A DNA stretch of 64,000 bases from Minisyncoccota bacterium (GCA_028689435.1 JAQTWD010000001.1:96-64095), one strand, 5' to 3'. Positions 45,090-55,972 are shown, counted from the stretch's first letter. Notes: a model not told the origin generated them from the letters alone. Numbers and translations are program-made.

Positions 45090-45091
45090 AC

Positions 45092-45120
45092 AAAACTCCC
45101 GCCTAGGCGGGAGTTTTTTA
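45092..45120 (+). terminator. intrinsic terminator
   Basis: CTCCCGCC-TAG-GCGGGAG followed by TTTTTTA. Confidence 0.85.
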
Positions 45121-45161
45121 TCATTCATACATTCAATTGAATGCATGAATGATAGAAAATA

Positions 45162-45707
45162 TCAAATCTTTATTTTTGCAAAAATTAGAGAAGGAAACAA
45201 AAATTTTCTTTTTTGACCACAACAAATCTGTTTATATTCGAAAAGATCTACTTTCATTCCAGTGTTTTCCATATCTTTGACAATAGAATATCCTTCTTTT
45301 AAACAATCTGAGAGACCATCAGCATCTTGTATTTTATTCAACAAATTACCAAATTTTTCATAGTCAAATACATCTATTTTTCTTCGCGTAACAAATCCAC
45401 GCTCTCTTAAAATATCAAGAATAATTATGAGTCTCATATTAAAGAAAAATAAAAAATATACCGAAGAATTTTTATTAAAACTAAGGTTCCACTGATGTCT
45501 AAGCTCTTTAAAACTTATTGGAATGCTGATAAACCACACATCCCTAGCAATTTTCTTAGATTTTAAAATATCATTTATTTCACCCAGACTGTTCCACTCA
45601 AAAGGAATATTTTTAGAAATTCTAGTTACAATTGTGGCAGCTATCATCTGGGACAAAAAAGATACTAATAAAAACAGCACAACAAAATATACTATATTTT
45701 GAAACAT
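45162..45707 (-). CDS. hypothetical membrane-anchored protein
   Basis: 181-aa ORF with an N-terminal TM helix. Confidence 0.5.
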   Translation of the reverse strand: MFQNIVYFVVLFLLVSFLSQMIAATIVTRISKNIPFEWNSLGEINDILKSKKIARDVWFISIPISFKELRHQWNLSFNKNSSVYFLFFFNMRLIIILDILRERGFVTRRKIDVFDYEKFGNLLNKIQDADGLSDCLKEGYSIVKDMENTGMKVDLFEYKQICCGQKRKFLFPSLIFAKIKI

Positions 45708-45883
45708 TTATTTTCTCCTTTTAATATTGAACAAAATCTGAATAATTTATAACACATATAATTCAAACAAACAATCACCGTTTTTCTGGATTGCTTCGCC
45801 AAGGCTCGCAAAGACGACGATATAAGGAAGTTTTTTTCGTATGCGACAAAGAATTTCGTCAAATTTAGATTTATTTAAAATAA

Positions 45884-45997
45884 TTTCAAATTTAGATGCA
45901 GAGCGAGGAGATAAAGAAAAAACGCTTAAGACGTATTTAAAATACGGCGAAAGCGTTTTTTCTGAAATCGACGAAGCTCTGCGCTAAATTTGAAATT
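45884..45997. repeat. ~115-nt palindrome centred on CGTATTTAAAATACG, abutting the rplB stop
   Basis: ATTTCAAATTTAGATGCAGAGCGAGGAG...CGTATTTAAAATACGG...CGACGAAGCTCTGCGCTAAATTTGAAAT. Confidence 0.7.
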
Positions 45998-46838
45998 ATT
46001 TTCTTTTTCCAACTTTTCGACGTCGAACCACAAACTGATTTGAATATTTTTTAGGAGTTCTTGTCTTTTGACCAATTCCTGATGGTTTACCCCATTTAGT
46101 TTTTGCTCTTCTCATACCACGGCCAGATCTTCCTTCACCTCCTCCGTATGGGTGGTCAACAGGGTTCATAGCACTACCTCTGACAGTTGGTCTGATTCCT
46201 TTCCATCTTGATCTTCCTGCTTTTCCGTAATTTACCAACTTGTGTTCATCATTTGAAACCGATCCGATTGAGCCCCAAGCTGTATCCAAAACTTTTCTTA
46301 CTTCTGTTGAAGGCATCTTTAGATGAACGTATCCAGAATCGTGAGCAATAATTTCTACAAAGTTTCCTGCTGATCTTGCAATCTTTGCCCCACTTTGTGG
46401 TTTTATTTCTACGTTGTAAATAAAAGTACCAACTGGAATATTTTTTAGAATAGTTCTGTTTCCTACCTTTAATTCTGCGTTTTCTGAAACAATCATCTCG
46501 TCCCCTACTTTCATAGATTTTGGAGCAAGAACATATCTTCTTTCTCCGTCCCTGTAACATACAAGAGCGATAAATCCTGATCTGTATGGGTCGTATTCAA
46601 TAGTTTCAATTTTTGCAGGAATGTTTAATTTTTCATATTTAAAATCAATATCTCTGTATTTTCTCTTGTGTCCTCCACCTTTGTGTCTAGTAGTAATTCT
46701 GCCGTCGGCATTTCTTCCTACTCCTCTTTTTCCTCCTTTCGTCAAAGACTTGTGAGGTTTTGATGAAGTCAAAAAATCTCGGTAATTGATACCGATTGTA
46801 TGTCTTTGTGATGCTGTTGTTGGTTTGTTTATCTTCAT
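45996..46838 (-). CDS. rplB: 50S ribosomal protein L2
   Basis: 280 aa. RHKGGGHKRKYR and GSAMNPVDHPYGGGEG. Confidence 0.95.
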   Translation of the reverse strand: MKINKPTTASQRHTIGINYRDFLTSSKPHKSLTKGGKRGVGRNADGRITTRHKGGGHKRKYRDIDFKYEKLNIPAKIETIEYDPYRSGFIALVCYRDGERRYVLAPKSMKVGDEMIVSENAELKVGNRTILKNIPVGTFIYNVEIKPQSGAKIARSAGNFVEIIAHDSGYVHLKMPSTEVRKVLDTAWGSIGSVSNDEHKLVNYGKAGRSRWKGIRPTVRGSAMNPVDHPYGGGEGRSGRGMRRAKTKWGKPSGIGQKTRTPKKYSNQFVVRRRKVGKRK

Positions 46839-46847
46839 ATCTTTATA

Positions 46848-46874
46848 TAATCCGAATCTACGAATTTATCCGAA
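46848..46874 (-). promoter_or_regulatory. conserved 27-mer TTCGGATAAATTCGTAGATTCGGATTA, 9 nt upstream of the rplB ATG
   Basis: Identical 27-mer at 48678-48704 upstream of rplC; variant at 5148-5174 upstream of ftsX. Confidence 0.45.
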
Positions 46875-47048
46875 TACCCCGAATTACGAATTATCCAAAT
46901 AAAAAACGAAACGGTTCAATATTTATCGGCTATTGAGAACCTTAATTTGTAATTTAAGCTTATAGCCCATAGCTGGTAGCTAATAGCAAAAACTCCAAAA
47001 AAAGTTAAGTGCTATCGGCTATAAGCTATCAGCTACAAGCTTCGTTCT

Positions 47049-47354
47049 CTATATAGTTTCAATCTTGTCTTCTTTTTTCAAATACACGATTGCTTTTTTC
47101 CCTCCTGATTTTATCCCTTTTCTTCCTCTTGAAAAAATCTTTTTTGATTGGATTTTACAAATATTGATTTTCAAAGCATCAACTTTGTAAATACTTTTAA
47201 CAGCTTCTTTTATTTGAGTTTTTGAAGCTTTTGGAGCAACCTCAAAAATGTAAACATTTTCTCCTGTCTTGTCTGAGGCTTTTTCTGTGATTCTTGGTCT
47301 CAAAATAACTGCTTCTAGACCTCCAATATTATTTTTTATTTCTCCTGTCTTCAT
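47049..47354 (-). CDS. rplW: 50S ribosomal protein L23
   Basis: 101 aa. ILRPRITEKA..YIFEV and its position in the S10 cluster. Confidence 0.9.
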   Translation of the reverse strand: MKTGEIKNNIGGLEAVILRPRITEKASDKTGENVYIFEVAPKASKTQIKEAVKSIYKVDALKINICKIQSKKIFSRGRKGIKSGGKKAIVYLKKEDKIETI

Positions 47355-47356
47355 AA

Positions 47357-48025
47357 TTATTTACTTGAAATTTTACTTGTCAAAAATTCCACTGATTTTT
47401 CAGGACTTGAAATCACTAAATACTTGTATTTTAACAAATTCATAATATTTAAGTTTCTCACTTCTCCTACTTCTATATTTCCAAAGTTAGCAAAACTCTT
47501 TTGTGCGTTTTCTTGTTTTTCTCCCAAAGCGATGTATGCTGAGTTTTTTCTCTTTGAAACCATTTTATCAAAACCATCTACCTTTCCAAGATTTGCAAAA
47601 ATGTCTTTTGCATCTTTTGTCTTTGGTTCTTTCATTTCAAAATTATCCACGAAAAGAATTTCTCCATCTTTCATCTTCTGAGACAACACTGTAAACAATG
47701 CTTTGACACTCATCTTTTTGTTTATTTTTCTGTTGTAATTTATATCGTTTGTTGGTCCAAAAGAAACACCTCCACCGATCCAGATTGGAGAACGAGTTGA
47801 CCCGTGTCTTGCTCTACCTGTTCCTTTTTGTCTCCATGGTTTTTTACCACCTCCACTAACTTCTCCTCTACCTTTTGTATTAGCAATAGGATTTCTAGCA
47901 TTAGACATCATAGAAACCATAACTTGGTGAACAAGATCGTTATTCCAAGACAAACCAAAAACAGTTTCTGGTAAATTTACCTTTCCTGATTCTTTTCCTT
48001 GTTTGTTATAAATTTTAGCTTCCAT
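47357..48025 (-). CDS. rplD: 50S ribosomal protein L4
   Basis: 222 aa. GGGKKPWRQKGTGRARHGS. Confidence 0.92.
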   Translation of the reverse strand: MEAKIYNKQGKESGKVNLPETVFGLSWNNDLVHQVMVSMMSNARNPIANTKGRGEVSGGGKKPWRQKGTGRARHGSTRSPIWIGGGVSFGPTNDINYNRKINKKMSVKALFTVLSQKMKDGEILFVDNFEMKEPKTKDAKDIFANLGKVDGFDKMVSKRKNSAYIALGEKQENAQKSFANFGNIEVGEVRNLNIMNLLKYKYLVISSPEKSVEFLTSKISSK

Positions 48026-48065
48026 ATTTTTATAGTTTTTAGTTCTTAGTTCTTAGTTTTTAGAA

Positions 48066-48671
48066 TTATTTTGCGACTATCTCTACCAATGTTCCCTTTC
48101 TTCCCGGAACGGCACCTCTTACCAACAATATGTTATTTTTCTTATCAACTTGTACTACTTTCAAATTCTTTACTGTTATTCTGTCAGATCCCATTCTTCC
48201 CGCCATTCTCAAACCTTTAAATACTCTTTGGATTCCTCCGGCTCCGATTGAACCAGGTTTTCTTTCGCTGTGCTTTTGTCCGTGTGTTCTTGGACCGCCC
48301 GCAAAACCATGTCTTTTCACAACACCTTGAAAACCTTTACCTTTGCTTACCGAAGAAATAGTTATTGAATCACCTTCTGCAAAAGAAGAAACATCAATTT
48401 TGTCTCCCAGTTTTAAATCTCCAAATTTTTCAAACTCTTTTATATATTTAAAATTACCCAAATCTTTTAGATGGCCTTTTAATGGCTTGTTTATATTTTT
48501 TGAATGCTTTTCACCGTATCCTATTTGTACAGCTTCATATCCATCTTTATCCAAATCTTTTATCTGAGTTACAACAATTGGACCTGCGTTGATAACTGTT
48601 ACAGGATAAACAACACCGTCTTTATCAAAGGTCTGTGTCATTTTTTCTTTTGTTCCAAGTATAAATTTCAT
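48066..48671 (-). CDS. rplC: 50S ribosomal protein L3
   Basis: 201 aa. GKGFQGVVKRHGF and HGQKHSERKPGSIG. Confidence 0.95.
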   Translation of the reverse strand: MKFILGTKEKMTQTFDKDGVVYPVTVINAGPIVVTQIKDLDKDGYEAVQIGYGEKHSKNINKPLKGHLKDLGNFKYIKEFEKFGDLKLGDKIDVSSFAEGDSITISSVSKGKGFQGVVKRHGFAGGPRTHGQKHSERKPGSIGAGGIQRVFKGLRMAGRMGSDRITVKNLKVVQVDKKNNILLVRGAVPGRKGTLVEIVAK

Positions 48672-48677
48672 AAAATA

Positions 48678-48704
48678 TAATCCGAATCTACGAATTTATC
48701 CGAA
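48678..48704 (-). promoter_or_regulatory. conserved 27-mer TTCGGATAAATTCGTAGATTCGGATTA, 6 nt upstream of the rplC ATG
   Basis: Exact duplicate of 46848-46874. Confidence 0.45.
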
Positions 48705-48724
48705 CCTGCCTGCCGGTAGGCAGG
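48705..48724. repeat. CCTGCCTGCCGGTAGGCAGG palindrome (1 mismatch)
   Basis: Member of the 20-nt palindrome family, inside the rpsJ-rplC spacer. Confidence 0.75.
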
Positions 48725-48889
48725 TACCCAGAATATTACGAGACATCCGAATATTAGTTAAAACACCTTTTTATGCTTGTAATATTCTACACAAAAACTC
48801 GCTAAAAGCAAGTTTTTACAGTCTAAATTGCAAATTTAAAGCTCACTAAGAAACTCTTTGCAATAAAAGTATCCTAGCGAGCTTTAAAT

Positions 48890-49240
48890 TTAGACAATCT
48901 TTACATCAATACTTACTCCTGATGGCAAACTCAAGTTTGTAAGAGATTCAATAATCTTTGCAGAAGGATTGATAATATCAATCAATCTTCTGTGAACTCT
49001 CATCTCAAATTGTTCTCTTGCGTCCTTGTGAACGAAAGTAGATCTATTCACTGTGTACTTCTTAATTTCTGTAGGAAGTGGAATAGGTCCATTGATTTTT
49101 GCGTCATGTCTCAAAGCAGTATCTATTATCTGTTTGATTGATGTATCAAGAATTTTGTACTCGTATGCAAAGACTCTAATCCTAAGCTTTTGGGTTTCTT
49201 CTGTCTTTTTTATTTTTTTTGTACTTTCTTTTGTTGACAT
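48890..49240 (-). CDS. rpsJ: 30S ribosomal protein S10
   Basis: 116 aa. KLRIRVFAYEYKILD...GPIPLPT. Confidence 0.95.
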   Translation of the reverse strand: MSTKESTKKIKKTEETQKLRIRVFAYEYKILDTSIKQIIDTALRHDAKINGPIPLPTEIKKYTVNRSTFVHKDAREQFEMRVHRRLIDIINPSAKIIESLTNLSLPSGVSIDVKIV

Positions 49241-49388
49241 AATAATATTAGTTTGTAGTGAGTAGTGAGTAGTGTGTAGTTAGTAGTAAAACTAAAAACT
49301 TTAACTTCTATATATCAATCTCACTATTGTGTCGCTTTTTGCAAAGCGACACTAAGTGAGATTGATATTGTCCAAAACATGGTAAAGA

Positions 49389-49505
49389 GTTTTCAAAATT
49401 GAATGCAGAGCGAGGAGCAAGAGTAAAATTTTGTGAGGCGTATTTTAAATACGACGAACAAAATTTTACGAATTGCGACAAAGCTATGCTTCAATTTTGG
49501 AAATT
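49389..49505. repeat. ~115-nt palindrome centred on CGTATTTTAAATACG, abutting the tuf stop
   Basis: AAATTGAATGCAGAGCGAGGAGCAAG...CGTATTTTAAATACGACG...GCGACAAAGCTATGCTTCAATTTT. Confidence 0.7.
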
Positions 49506-49506
49506 C

Positions 49507-50700
49507 TTAAGCTACGATTTTTGTAACAACTCCCGCTCCAACCGTTCTACCTCCCTCACGGATAGCAAACTTTTGCTGATCTTCAAGAGCAATTGGAGAA
49601 TGTAGTTTAACTTTGAATGTTGCTGTATCTCCTGGCATAACCATTTCTACACCGTCAGCCAAAGTAACTTCTCCTGTAACGTCAGTTGTTCTGATGTAGA
49701 ACTGAGGTTTGTAACCTGAGAAGAATGGTGTGTGTCTTCCTCCTTCTTCTTTCTTTAGAATCAAAACTTCTGCTTCAAATTCTGTATGAGGAGTAACAGA
49801 TCCTGTCTTAGCAAGAACTTGTCCTCTGTGGATATCTTCTTTCTTAACACCTCTCAACAAGATACCTGCGTTATCTCCTGCTTGTCCTTCTGACAAAGAT
49901 TTGTTGAACATTTCGATACCTGTAACTGTTGTTTTAACAGTGTCTTTGATACCAACAATTTCAACTTCTTCTCCAACCTTTACGATACCTCTTTCAATTT
50001 TACCAGTAACTACTGTTCCTCTACCTTCAATTGAGAAGATGTCTTCGATAGGCATCAAAAATGGTTTTGCTGTATCTCTTTCAGGAACTGGAATATAAGT
50101 GTCTAGTTGATTTGCAAGTTCAATGATTGGTTTTGCCCATTCATCTTCTGCCGATGTTGCTTCAAGAGCTTTTACGGCTGAACCTTTGATGAAAGGAGTA
50201 TTTTCTCCGTCAAATCCGTATTGATTCAACATTTCTTTTACCTCTTCTTGTACAAGTTCTACCATTTCTTGATCATCAACAAGATCAATCTTGTTTAGGA
50301 AAACGATAATTTTTGGAACACCTACTTGGTAAGCCAAAAGGATGTGTTCTCTTGTTTGAGGCATTGCCCCGTCGTTAGCTGCAACCACAAGAATAGCACC
50401 GTCCATCTGAGCAGCACCTGTAATCATGTTTTTGATGTAGTCGGCGTGTCCAGGAGCGTCAATGTGAGCGTAGTGACGAGCTGCTGTTTCGTACTCGTTG
50501 TGAGAAAGAGAAATGGTAATACCTCTTTCTTTTTCTTCAGGAGCCTTGTCAATTTCGTCAATTCCTCTCATTTTAACTTTGTTACCAGCCAAATTAAGAA
50601 CATGCAAAATAGCTGCTGTAAGAGTTGTCTTTCCGTGGTCAACGTGACCAATTGTTCCCACATTTACGTGTGGTTTGTCTCTATTAAATGCTTCTGCCAT
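49507..50700 (-). CDS. tuf: elongation factor Tu
   Basis: 397 aa. [26 protein letters not shown]. Confidence 0.97.
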   Translation of the reverse strand: MAEAFNRDKPHVNVGTIGHVDHGKTTLTAAILHVLNLAGNKVKMRGIDEIDKAPEEKERGITISLSHNEYETAARHYAHIDAPGHADYIKNMITGAAQMDGAILVVAANDGAMPQTREHILLAYQVGVPKIIVFLNKIDLVDDQEMVELVQEEVKEMLNQYGFDGENTPFIKGSAVKALEATSAEDEWAKPIIELANQLDTYIPVPERDTAKPFLMPIEDIFSIEGRGTVVTGKIERGIVKVGEEVEIVGIKDTVKTTVTGIEMFNKSLSEGQAGDNAGILLRGVKKEDIHRGQVLAKTGSVTPHTEFEAEVLILKKEEGGRHTPFFSGYKPQFYIRTTDVTGEVTLADGVEMVMPGDTATFKVKLHSPIALEDQQKFAIREGGRTVGAGVVTKIVA

Positions 50701-50712
50701 ATTTATTTAATT

Positions 50713-50742
50713 AGCTTATAGCTTATAGCTTATAGCTTATAG
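50713..50742. repeat. tandem octamer (AGCTTATA)x3.75
   Basis: agcttatagcttatagcttatagcttatag, directly upstream of tuf. Related AGCTTATAGCTGATAGC blocks occur at 28245, 30404, 46962-47040 and 51370. Confidence 0.8.
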
Positions 50743-50989
50743 AAATATTTATTCTATCGGCTATTGGCTTTCAGCTGTCAGCTTTATAAATTAATTAATA
50801 ATAACTTTAACACCTAGGTTTATGCTACTTCCAGAAAAAATGATCTTATTTCTCTGGAAGTAGCACCAATAAACCACTTGGTGATTAAATACGAAAAGAA
50901 CGCCATTAGCGTTACCGTACTATAATAGCAAAATAGTAATAATAGTCAAATCGTGTTTTGTGAAAATTGGGCAGGCAAAATAGTCTTTT

Positions 50990-51436
50990 TTACTTTTTAA
51001 TAAATTTTCTAAAACCAAAGGCAATTATCAAAAAACCGATGGTTGATAATAGATGATGAAAGAAAACAATCAAATATGCTTCATGATGATCGGGCAAACT
51101 TAGAGACCAAATTTCTACAAAATATGAAATACCCATCAAAACCACTCCCCAACCAATCATTTTCAAAGATTTTCCCACCTCCCCTCCATATCCAGAAACA
51201 ATAGAAAAGATCCAAACAACTGAAAAAAATACAGTTATAAGAAAAATTATATCAAAAGATGTAACCAAATTTATATCCATAATGAACAATAATACCATTA
51301 AAAAAATAAAAACAATCCACAGCAAGACGAAGCTGATAGCCAATACCTGCCTGCCGTGTCGTTGCTTTTCTTTCAGAAAAGAGGCAGGGCTGATAGCTGA
51401 TAGCACGGACGACGTTGATTGCTTCGTTCCTCGCAA
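50990..51436 (-). CDS. hypothetical multi-pass membrane protein (start uncertain)
   Basis: 148-aa ORF. Repeat sequence encodes the N-terminal ~45 aa, so a downstream Met is more likely. Inserted between fusA and tuf. Confidence 0.45.
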   Translation of the reverse strand: MRGTKQSTSSVLSAISPASFLKEKQRHGRQVLAISFVLLWIVFIFLMVLLFIMDINLVTSFDIIFLITVFFSVVWIFSIVSGYGGEVGKSLKMIGWGVVLMGISYFVEIWSLSLPDHHEAYLIVFFHHLLSTIGFLIIAFGFRKFIKK

Positions 51437-51655
51437 AGACGAAGTTTCGCAAAGCGAAACTTCGTCCTATCTGTCTTTGCGAGAGAAGCGAAGCAATCCA
51501 CAGGGATATTTGTTAAAAATAAATTACAAATTACAAAAATGTCCAAACAAAACCCAAAAACAAAGATTTTGTGTCGTGCGTAAAATTTATCATTTATAAT
51601 TTAAAATTTAAAACAAAAAACCACGGAAGCTTAACTTCCGTGATTTTTTGTTTTT

Positions 51656-53803
51656 TTATTTTCTCGCGTCAATAATTTCTTTTGCAACATTTTGAGGAAC
51701 GATAGCATAGTTACTAAATTCCATTGTTGATGATGCTCTACCTTCTGTCATAGATCTCAAAGCTGTCGTGTATCCAAACATTTCTGACAAAGGAACTTTT
51801 GCATTGACTACTTTCATTCCTTCTCCTCTGTCATCCATACTTTCAATTTGACCTCTCTTTGAACTTAGGTTTCCGGTGATGTCTCCCATGAATTGTTCTG
51901 GAGTAACCACTTCCACTTTCATTATTGGTTCCAACAAAACAGGAGTTGCTTTTCTGGCTGCCTCTTGAAAAGCCTGTGAAGCAGCGATTTTGAAAGCAAT
52001 TTCTGACGAATCCACATCGTGATAAGTACCGTCATACAAATCTGTAGAAACATCTACCATCTTGAATCCAGCGACTACTCCTCTGCTCATACCCTCTTTG
52101 ATACCTTTTTCAACAGCGGGGATAAATTCTTGAGGAATAACACCTCCTTTAATACTGTTTACAAATTCAAAACCTTCATCTCTTTTAACATTTTTTGGAA
52201 GACCTTTTACTTCTTCTTCTGTCAAAATGTCCATTGGTTTGATTTTGATCTTTACGTGTCCGTATTGACCTTTACCTCCTGATTGTTTTACATATTTTAC
52301 TTCTGCTTCGGATGGTTTTGTGACAGTTTCTCTGTATGCTACTTGTGGTTTTCCGATGTTTGCTTCTACTCCGAATTCTCTCTTCATTCTGTCCACCAAA
52401 ATTTCTAGGTGAAGTTCTCCCATTCCAGAAATAATTGTTTCCATTGTTTCTTCATCCGAGCTAACAACGAAAGTAGGATCTTCGTCTGACAATTTTTTCA
52501 AAGCGATACCCATCTTTTCTTGATCTGCTTTTGTTTTTGGTTCAATTCTTACAGAAACCACAGGTTTCATAAATTCAATTTTTTCCAAAATAATTGGTTT
52601 GTTTTCATCACACAAAGTATCTGATGTTTTTGTTTCTTTCAATCCAACAGCGGCTGCAATTTCACCAGCGTAAACTTTCTTTACTTCTTCTCTTTCATTA
52701 GCATGCATTCTCAAAATTCTTCCCAATCTTTCTTTCTTTTCTGTTGTAGAGTTGTAGATATAAGAACCAGATTCTACTGTTCCAGAATAAACACGAAAAA
52801 ATGTAAGTTGTCCCACGAATGGATCTGTTTGCAATTTAAAAGCCAGCGCTGAAAAAGGTTCTTCGTCTGACGCTTTTCTTTCAATTTCTTCATCTGTTTT
52901 TGGATCAATTCCCTTAACTGGTGGAATATCCAAAGGAGACGGAAGATAGTCTACGACAGCGTCCAAAACTTCTTGTACACCTTTGTTCTTCAAAGCAGAA
53001 CCTGTGAAAACAGGAATTACATTCAAAGCGATAACTCCTTTTCTAAGAGTGGTTTTCAAAGTGTCTAGTGGAATTTCTTTTCCTTCCAAATATTCATTCA
53101 TTAATACTTCGTCATTTTCAACGATTCTTTCAATCAATTCTCCTCTGTATTTTTCTGCGTCGGCTTTCATATTTTCAGGGATCTCGTCTTCTCTCACATC
53201 GGTACCCATTTCTCCTTCAAAGTAATAGGCTTTCATTGTCAAAAGATCTACCACTCCTTGGTGGTTAGATTCTTCACCGATTGGCAACTGCATTCTGATA
53301 GCTTTTTTTGTAAGTCTCTTCAAAATACTTTGGTATGATCTTTCAAAAGATGCTCCTGTTCTGTCCAATTTGTTGATAAAACAAACTCTTGGAACTTTGT
53401 ATTTGTCAGCTTGTCTCCAAACTGTTTCTGATTGAGATTCTACTCCAGCCACACCATCAAAAACAACCACTCCTCCGTCAAGAACTTTCAAAGATCTTTC
53501 TACTTCGGCAGTAAAGTCTACGTGACCTGGTGTATCAATAATATTAAATCTATGTTTTAAAGTAGGATCATTTTTTGCATAAGTAGGAGTCCAAAAACAT
53601 GTAGTAGCAGCAGAAGTAATTGTAATACCTCTTTCTCTTTCTTGTTCCATCCAGTCCATCACAGCGGCACCTTCGTGTACTTCACCAATTTTGTGTGATA
53701 CTCCTGTATAAAAAAGGACTCTTTCTGACACAGTTGTTTTACCCGCATCAATGTGGGCAATAATTCCAATATTTCTAACTTTTTCCAATGGATAATCACG
53801 CAT
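51656..53803 (-). CDS. fusA: elongation factor G
   Basis: 715 aa. [22 protein letters not shown], domain IV and V motifs. Confidence 0.97.
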   Translation of the reverse strand: MRDYPLEKVRNIGIIAHIDAGKTTVSERVLFYTGVSHKIGEVHEGAAVMDWMEQERERGITITSAATTCFWTPTYAKNDPTLKHRFNIIDTPGHVDFTAEVERSLKVLDGGVVVFDGVAGVESQSETVWRQADKYKVPRVCFINKLDRTGASFERSYQSILKRLTKKAIRMQLPIGEESNHQGVVDLLTMKAYYFEGEMGTDVREDEIPENMKADAEKYRGELIERIVENDEVLMNEYLEGKEIPLDTLKTTLRKGVIALNVIPVFTGSALKNKGVQEVLDAVVDYLPSPLDIPPVKGIDPKTDEEIERKASDEEPFSALAFKLQTDPFVGQLTFFRVYSGTVESGSYIYNSTTEKKERLGRILRMHANEREEVKKVYAGEIAAAVGLKETKTSDTLCDENKPIILEKIEFMKPVVSVRIEPKTKADQEKMGIALKKLSDEDPTFVVSSDEETMETIISGMGELHLEILVDRMKREFGVEANIGKPQVAYRETVTKPSEAEVKYVKQSGGKGQYGHVKIKIKPMDILTEEEVKGLPKNVKRDEGFEFVNSIKGGVIPQEFIPAVEKGIKEGMSRGVVAGFKMVDVSTDLYDGTYHDVDSSEIAFKIAASQAFQEAARKATPVLLEPIMKVEVVTPEQFMGDITGNLSSKRGQIESMDDRGEGMKVVNAKVPLSEMFGYTTALRSMTEGRASSTMEFSNYAIVPQNVAKEIIDARK

Positions 53804-54122
53804 AAATTATAAATTTTAAATGATAAATTTTAAATTAAACATCTCCGTCTTTGCGAGTGGTTTTTTTAGTGGAATTTTTAAAAACAAAGTTTTTAAAAAT
53901 TCCACTAAAAAAATCACGAAGCAATCCAGAAAGATAAAATAAAGTCACTAATGACTTTTTAACAAAAATAATAATATACCAAAAACCCGACAAAAGCAAC
54001 GAAATTTTGCTAGGCAAAATTTCTAGGTGTAAGGGTTAAGGAGTAAGGTGTAAGTAAATTGATACAATTAACCTAAACAAAAATTACTAACAAAAAATTA
54101 AAAGTTACAAAATATAAAAAAC

Positions 54123-54164
54123 ATAATCTTAAACTTCTGACGACCGTCAGAAGTTTAAGATTAT
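54123..54164. repeat. GACC-apex hairpin ATAATCTTAAACTTCTGAC-GACC-GTCAGAAGTTTAAGATTAT
   Basis: Perfect 19-bp stem. Related copies at 55254, 55927 and 15725. Confidence 0.75.
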
Positions 54165-54404
54165 TTATTTTTTAAAGTTAATATCAAATTCTAACTACTA
54201 AAATAATGTTTAAAATATTGCACCCGCAAAAATTTGAACATTTTTTATATTCTCAATTCAAATACTCTTTACTCAATCCATACGACCGTATAAATTGAGT
54301 AAAAGAATATTTTTGTTATATACATGTGTAATATATACGTAATGTGTATAAAGTTGACGACCGTCAAAGTCATACACATTTTAAAAAATGAATTATTAAA
54401 TTTT

Positions 54405-54453
54405 GAAAACAAAAAACCCTTGGTTATTCCAACTTTCGTCGGAACGACCAAGG
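54405..54453 (-). terminator. intrinsic terminator of 54488..55111
   Basis: Minus strand: CCCTTGGT...ACCAAGGG followed by TTTTTTGTTTTC. Confidence 0.8.
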
Positions 54454-54487
54454 GTCAAAGGGACAAAGAGTCCAAGGGTCATGAGGG

Positions 54488-55111
54488 CTATTTATCCAAG
54501 TTACTGTTACGAGAAAAAGCGCGGCAGTCAGCGCTCCACCGAGAGCCATCCAACAGATACGCAATCACACGCCACTCCCGATCGTCGGCGTTCCAGTACA
54601 CAATCACGGCAAAGACCTCATCGTTTTTTCCGCGAACATAGAAAATGTTTGCTTTGCCGTTATTAACGAGAACGCCGACTTCACCGTTCGGTTGCCGATC
54701 GATCATACCGGCAAGGACGGAGCAAAATTCACTCGCATCCTCGTAGATGTACCCCTCACCAAGCCTCTTTTGGGTCTCGGCGTCGTTCATCGGCGTTGGC
54801 AGATCAAAGTGATTTGCCCCGTCCATCGACACTTTCGCAATCTTTTTTGCAACGGACAAAATCCTGTCGCGAAAGTTGTCGGAGACCCAGAGACCTTGGC
54901 GGGTCACGAAGAATTTGCGAGGATCAAAAAAACCTATTTTTTCTGCGATGCTTTGAAGTTCTTCCGCGACGAACTCCACATCCGACTCCGTGCCGGTTTC
55001 CCGAATTCTTTTCTTGATTTCGTCCACTCGGCGGGTGAAAAGCCCGAGATCCTCGTTGGACATTCTATAACCTTTTTTCACACCGTCGCCAACAACTTTC
55101 GTCGTTTCCAT
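54488..55111 (-). CDS. hypothetical protein (GC-rich cassette inside the str operon)
   Basis: The track frame opens at 55195. The ATG at 55111 follows AGAGGA and lies downstream of a consensus promoter. Product METTKVVGDGVKKGY..., 207 aa. Confidence 0.6.
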   Translation of the reverse strand: METTKVVGDGVKKGYRMSNEDLGLFTRRVDEIKKRIRETGTESDVEFVAEELQSIAEKIGFFDPRKFFVTRQGLWVSDNFRDRILSVAKKIAKVSMDGANHFDLPTPMNDAETQKRLGEGYIYEDASEFCSVLAGMIDRQPNGEVGVLVNNGKANIFYVRGKNDEVFAVIVYWNADDREWRVIAYLLDGSRWSADCRAFSRNSNLDK

Positions 55112-55186
55112 GACAGTTTCCTCTTTTTTTGTTTTCGGTTTTAGACAGTTTTTAAGCCGTCGTGTTAAGGTACAAATTACACAATC

Positions 55187-55215
55187 AATATACACATCGC
55201 GTCAAACAAAGTCAA
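55187..55215 (-). promoter_or_regulatory. sigma70-like promoter TTGACT-N17-TATATT
   Basis: Reverse complement of agtcaa at 55210-55215 and of aatata at 55187-55192. Confidence 0.55.
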
Positions 55216-55253
55216 TATATTAAAAAACTCTAGTAAAAAATTAAAGAATGTAT

Positions 55254-55290
55254 CATCTTAAACTTTTGACGACCGTCAGAATTCTAAGAT
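55254..55290. repeat. GACC-apex hairpin ATCTTAAACTTTTGAC-GACC-GTCAGAATTCTAAGAT
   Basis: Lies between the two island genes, downstream of the PaaX-like paralog. Confidence 0.7.
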
Positions 55291-55359
55291 TATTTTAAAA
55301 AACGTTATTTATTATCTATAATCTCTACCCTCTTATTTCTTGTCTATCATCTATTTAAA

Positions 55360-55911
55360 TTATTTTAAACCAAAAAACTCCTTCAACCGACTTTCGTTTT
55401 CTATCCTATTTACTTCCATATATAAAACATCACTATCAACAAAAAAATTTGTTTTAAGCAAAAATATCAATTCTTCACATTCATAAGGAAACACCCAAAC
55501 ACTGTTTTGTAATTTAACAAAACCAATTCTTTCTAAATTTGACCTTAATAAATTTCTTAAATTTCTTTTCTTTTCTTCTACATCAAAAATAACCACTCTC
55601 CATTTTTTATCCCATCGTTTTGGCTTTTTTATCTCCAAATCACCCAACTCATATTTTGCGAACATCTCCTTTCCTTTTTTTGTAATTTTTATAAATTCAG
55701 AATTGCCTTTTCTAACTTTTTCTAACAAACCTTTTTCTAATAATTTTTTTATGGTTTCACTTAAATAGTATCTTTCATTTACCCATTTCTTTTTATTTGG
55801 TGAAAATTGTTTTACTACCTGCAATGCGTTTGGAGCAACAACGGCAATACCAATCAAACCAACCGCAACAACAGTCTTTAAAATAATTTTTTGATAATTT
55901 ATATTACTCAT
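55360..55911 (-). CDS. PaaX-like / Cas2-fold domain protein with N-terminal TM helix (paralog of 23004..23564)
   Basis: The track frame opens at 55932, but that extension overlaps the upstream hairpin. The likely start is MSNINYQKI at 55911. KRWDKKWRVVIFDVEEKKRNLRNLLRSNLERIGFVKLQNSVWVFP. Confidence 0.55.
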   Translation of the reverse strand: MSNINYQKIILKTVVAVGLIGIAVVAPNALQVVKQFSPNKKKWVNERYYLSETIKKLLEKGLLEKVRKGNSEFIKITKKGKEMFAKYELGDLEIKKPKRWDKKWRVVIFDVEEKKRNLRNLLRSNLERIGFVKLQNSVWVFPYECEELIFLLKTNFFVDSDVLYMEVNRIENESRLKEFFGLK

Positions 55912-55926
55912 ACTATATATATTAAC

Positions 55927-55972
55927 ATACAATCTTAGAATTATGACGACCGTCAGAATTCTAAGATTGTAT
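55927..55972. repeat. GACC-apex hairpin ATACAATCTTAGAATTATGAC-GACC-GTCAGAATTCTAAGATTGTAT
   Basis: 16 nt upstream of the PaaX-like start. Confidence 0.7.

Noticed and set aside
50326-50721. 131-aa plus-strand ORF, and similar antisense ORFs inside tuf, fusA, secD, rplB-D, murC and other genes
   Set aside because: They are antisense to strongly conserved genes and have no independent signals.
54324-55144. Plus-strand ORFs 54324..54641, 54403..54666, 54692..55144 and 54796..55017
   Set aside because: They are antisense or overlapping frames in a GC-rich region, where long spurious ORFs are expected. The minus-strand gene has the promoter, SD and terminator.
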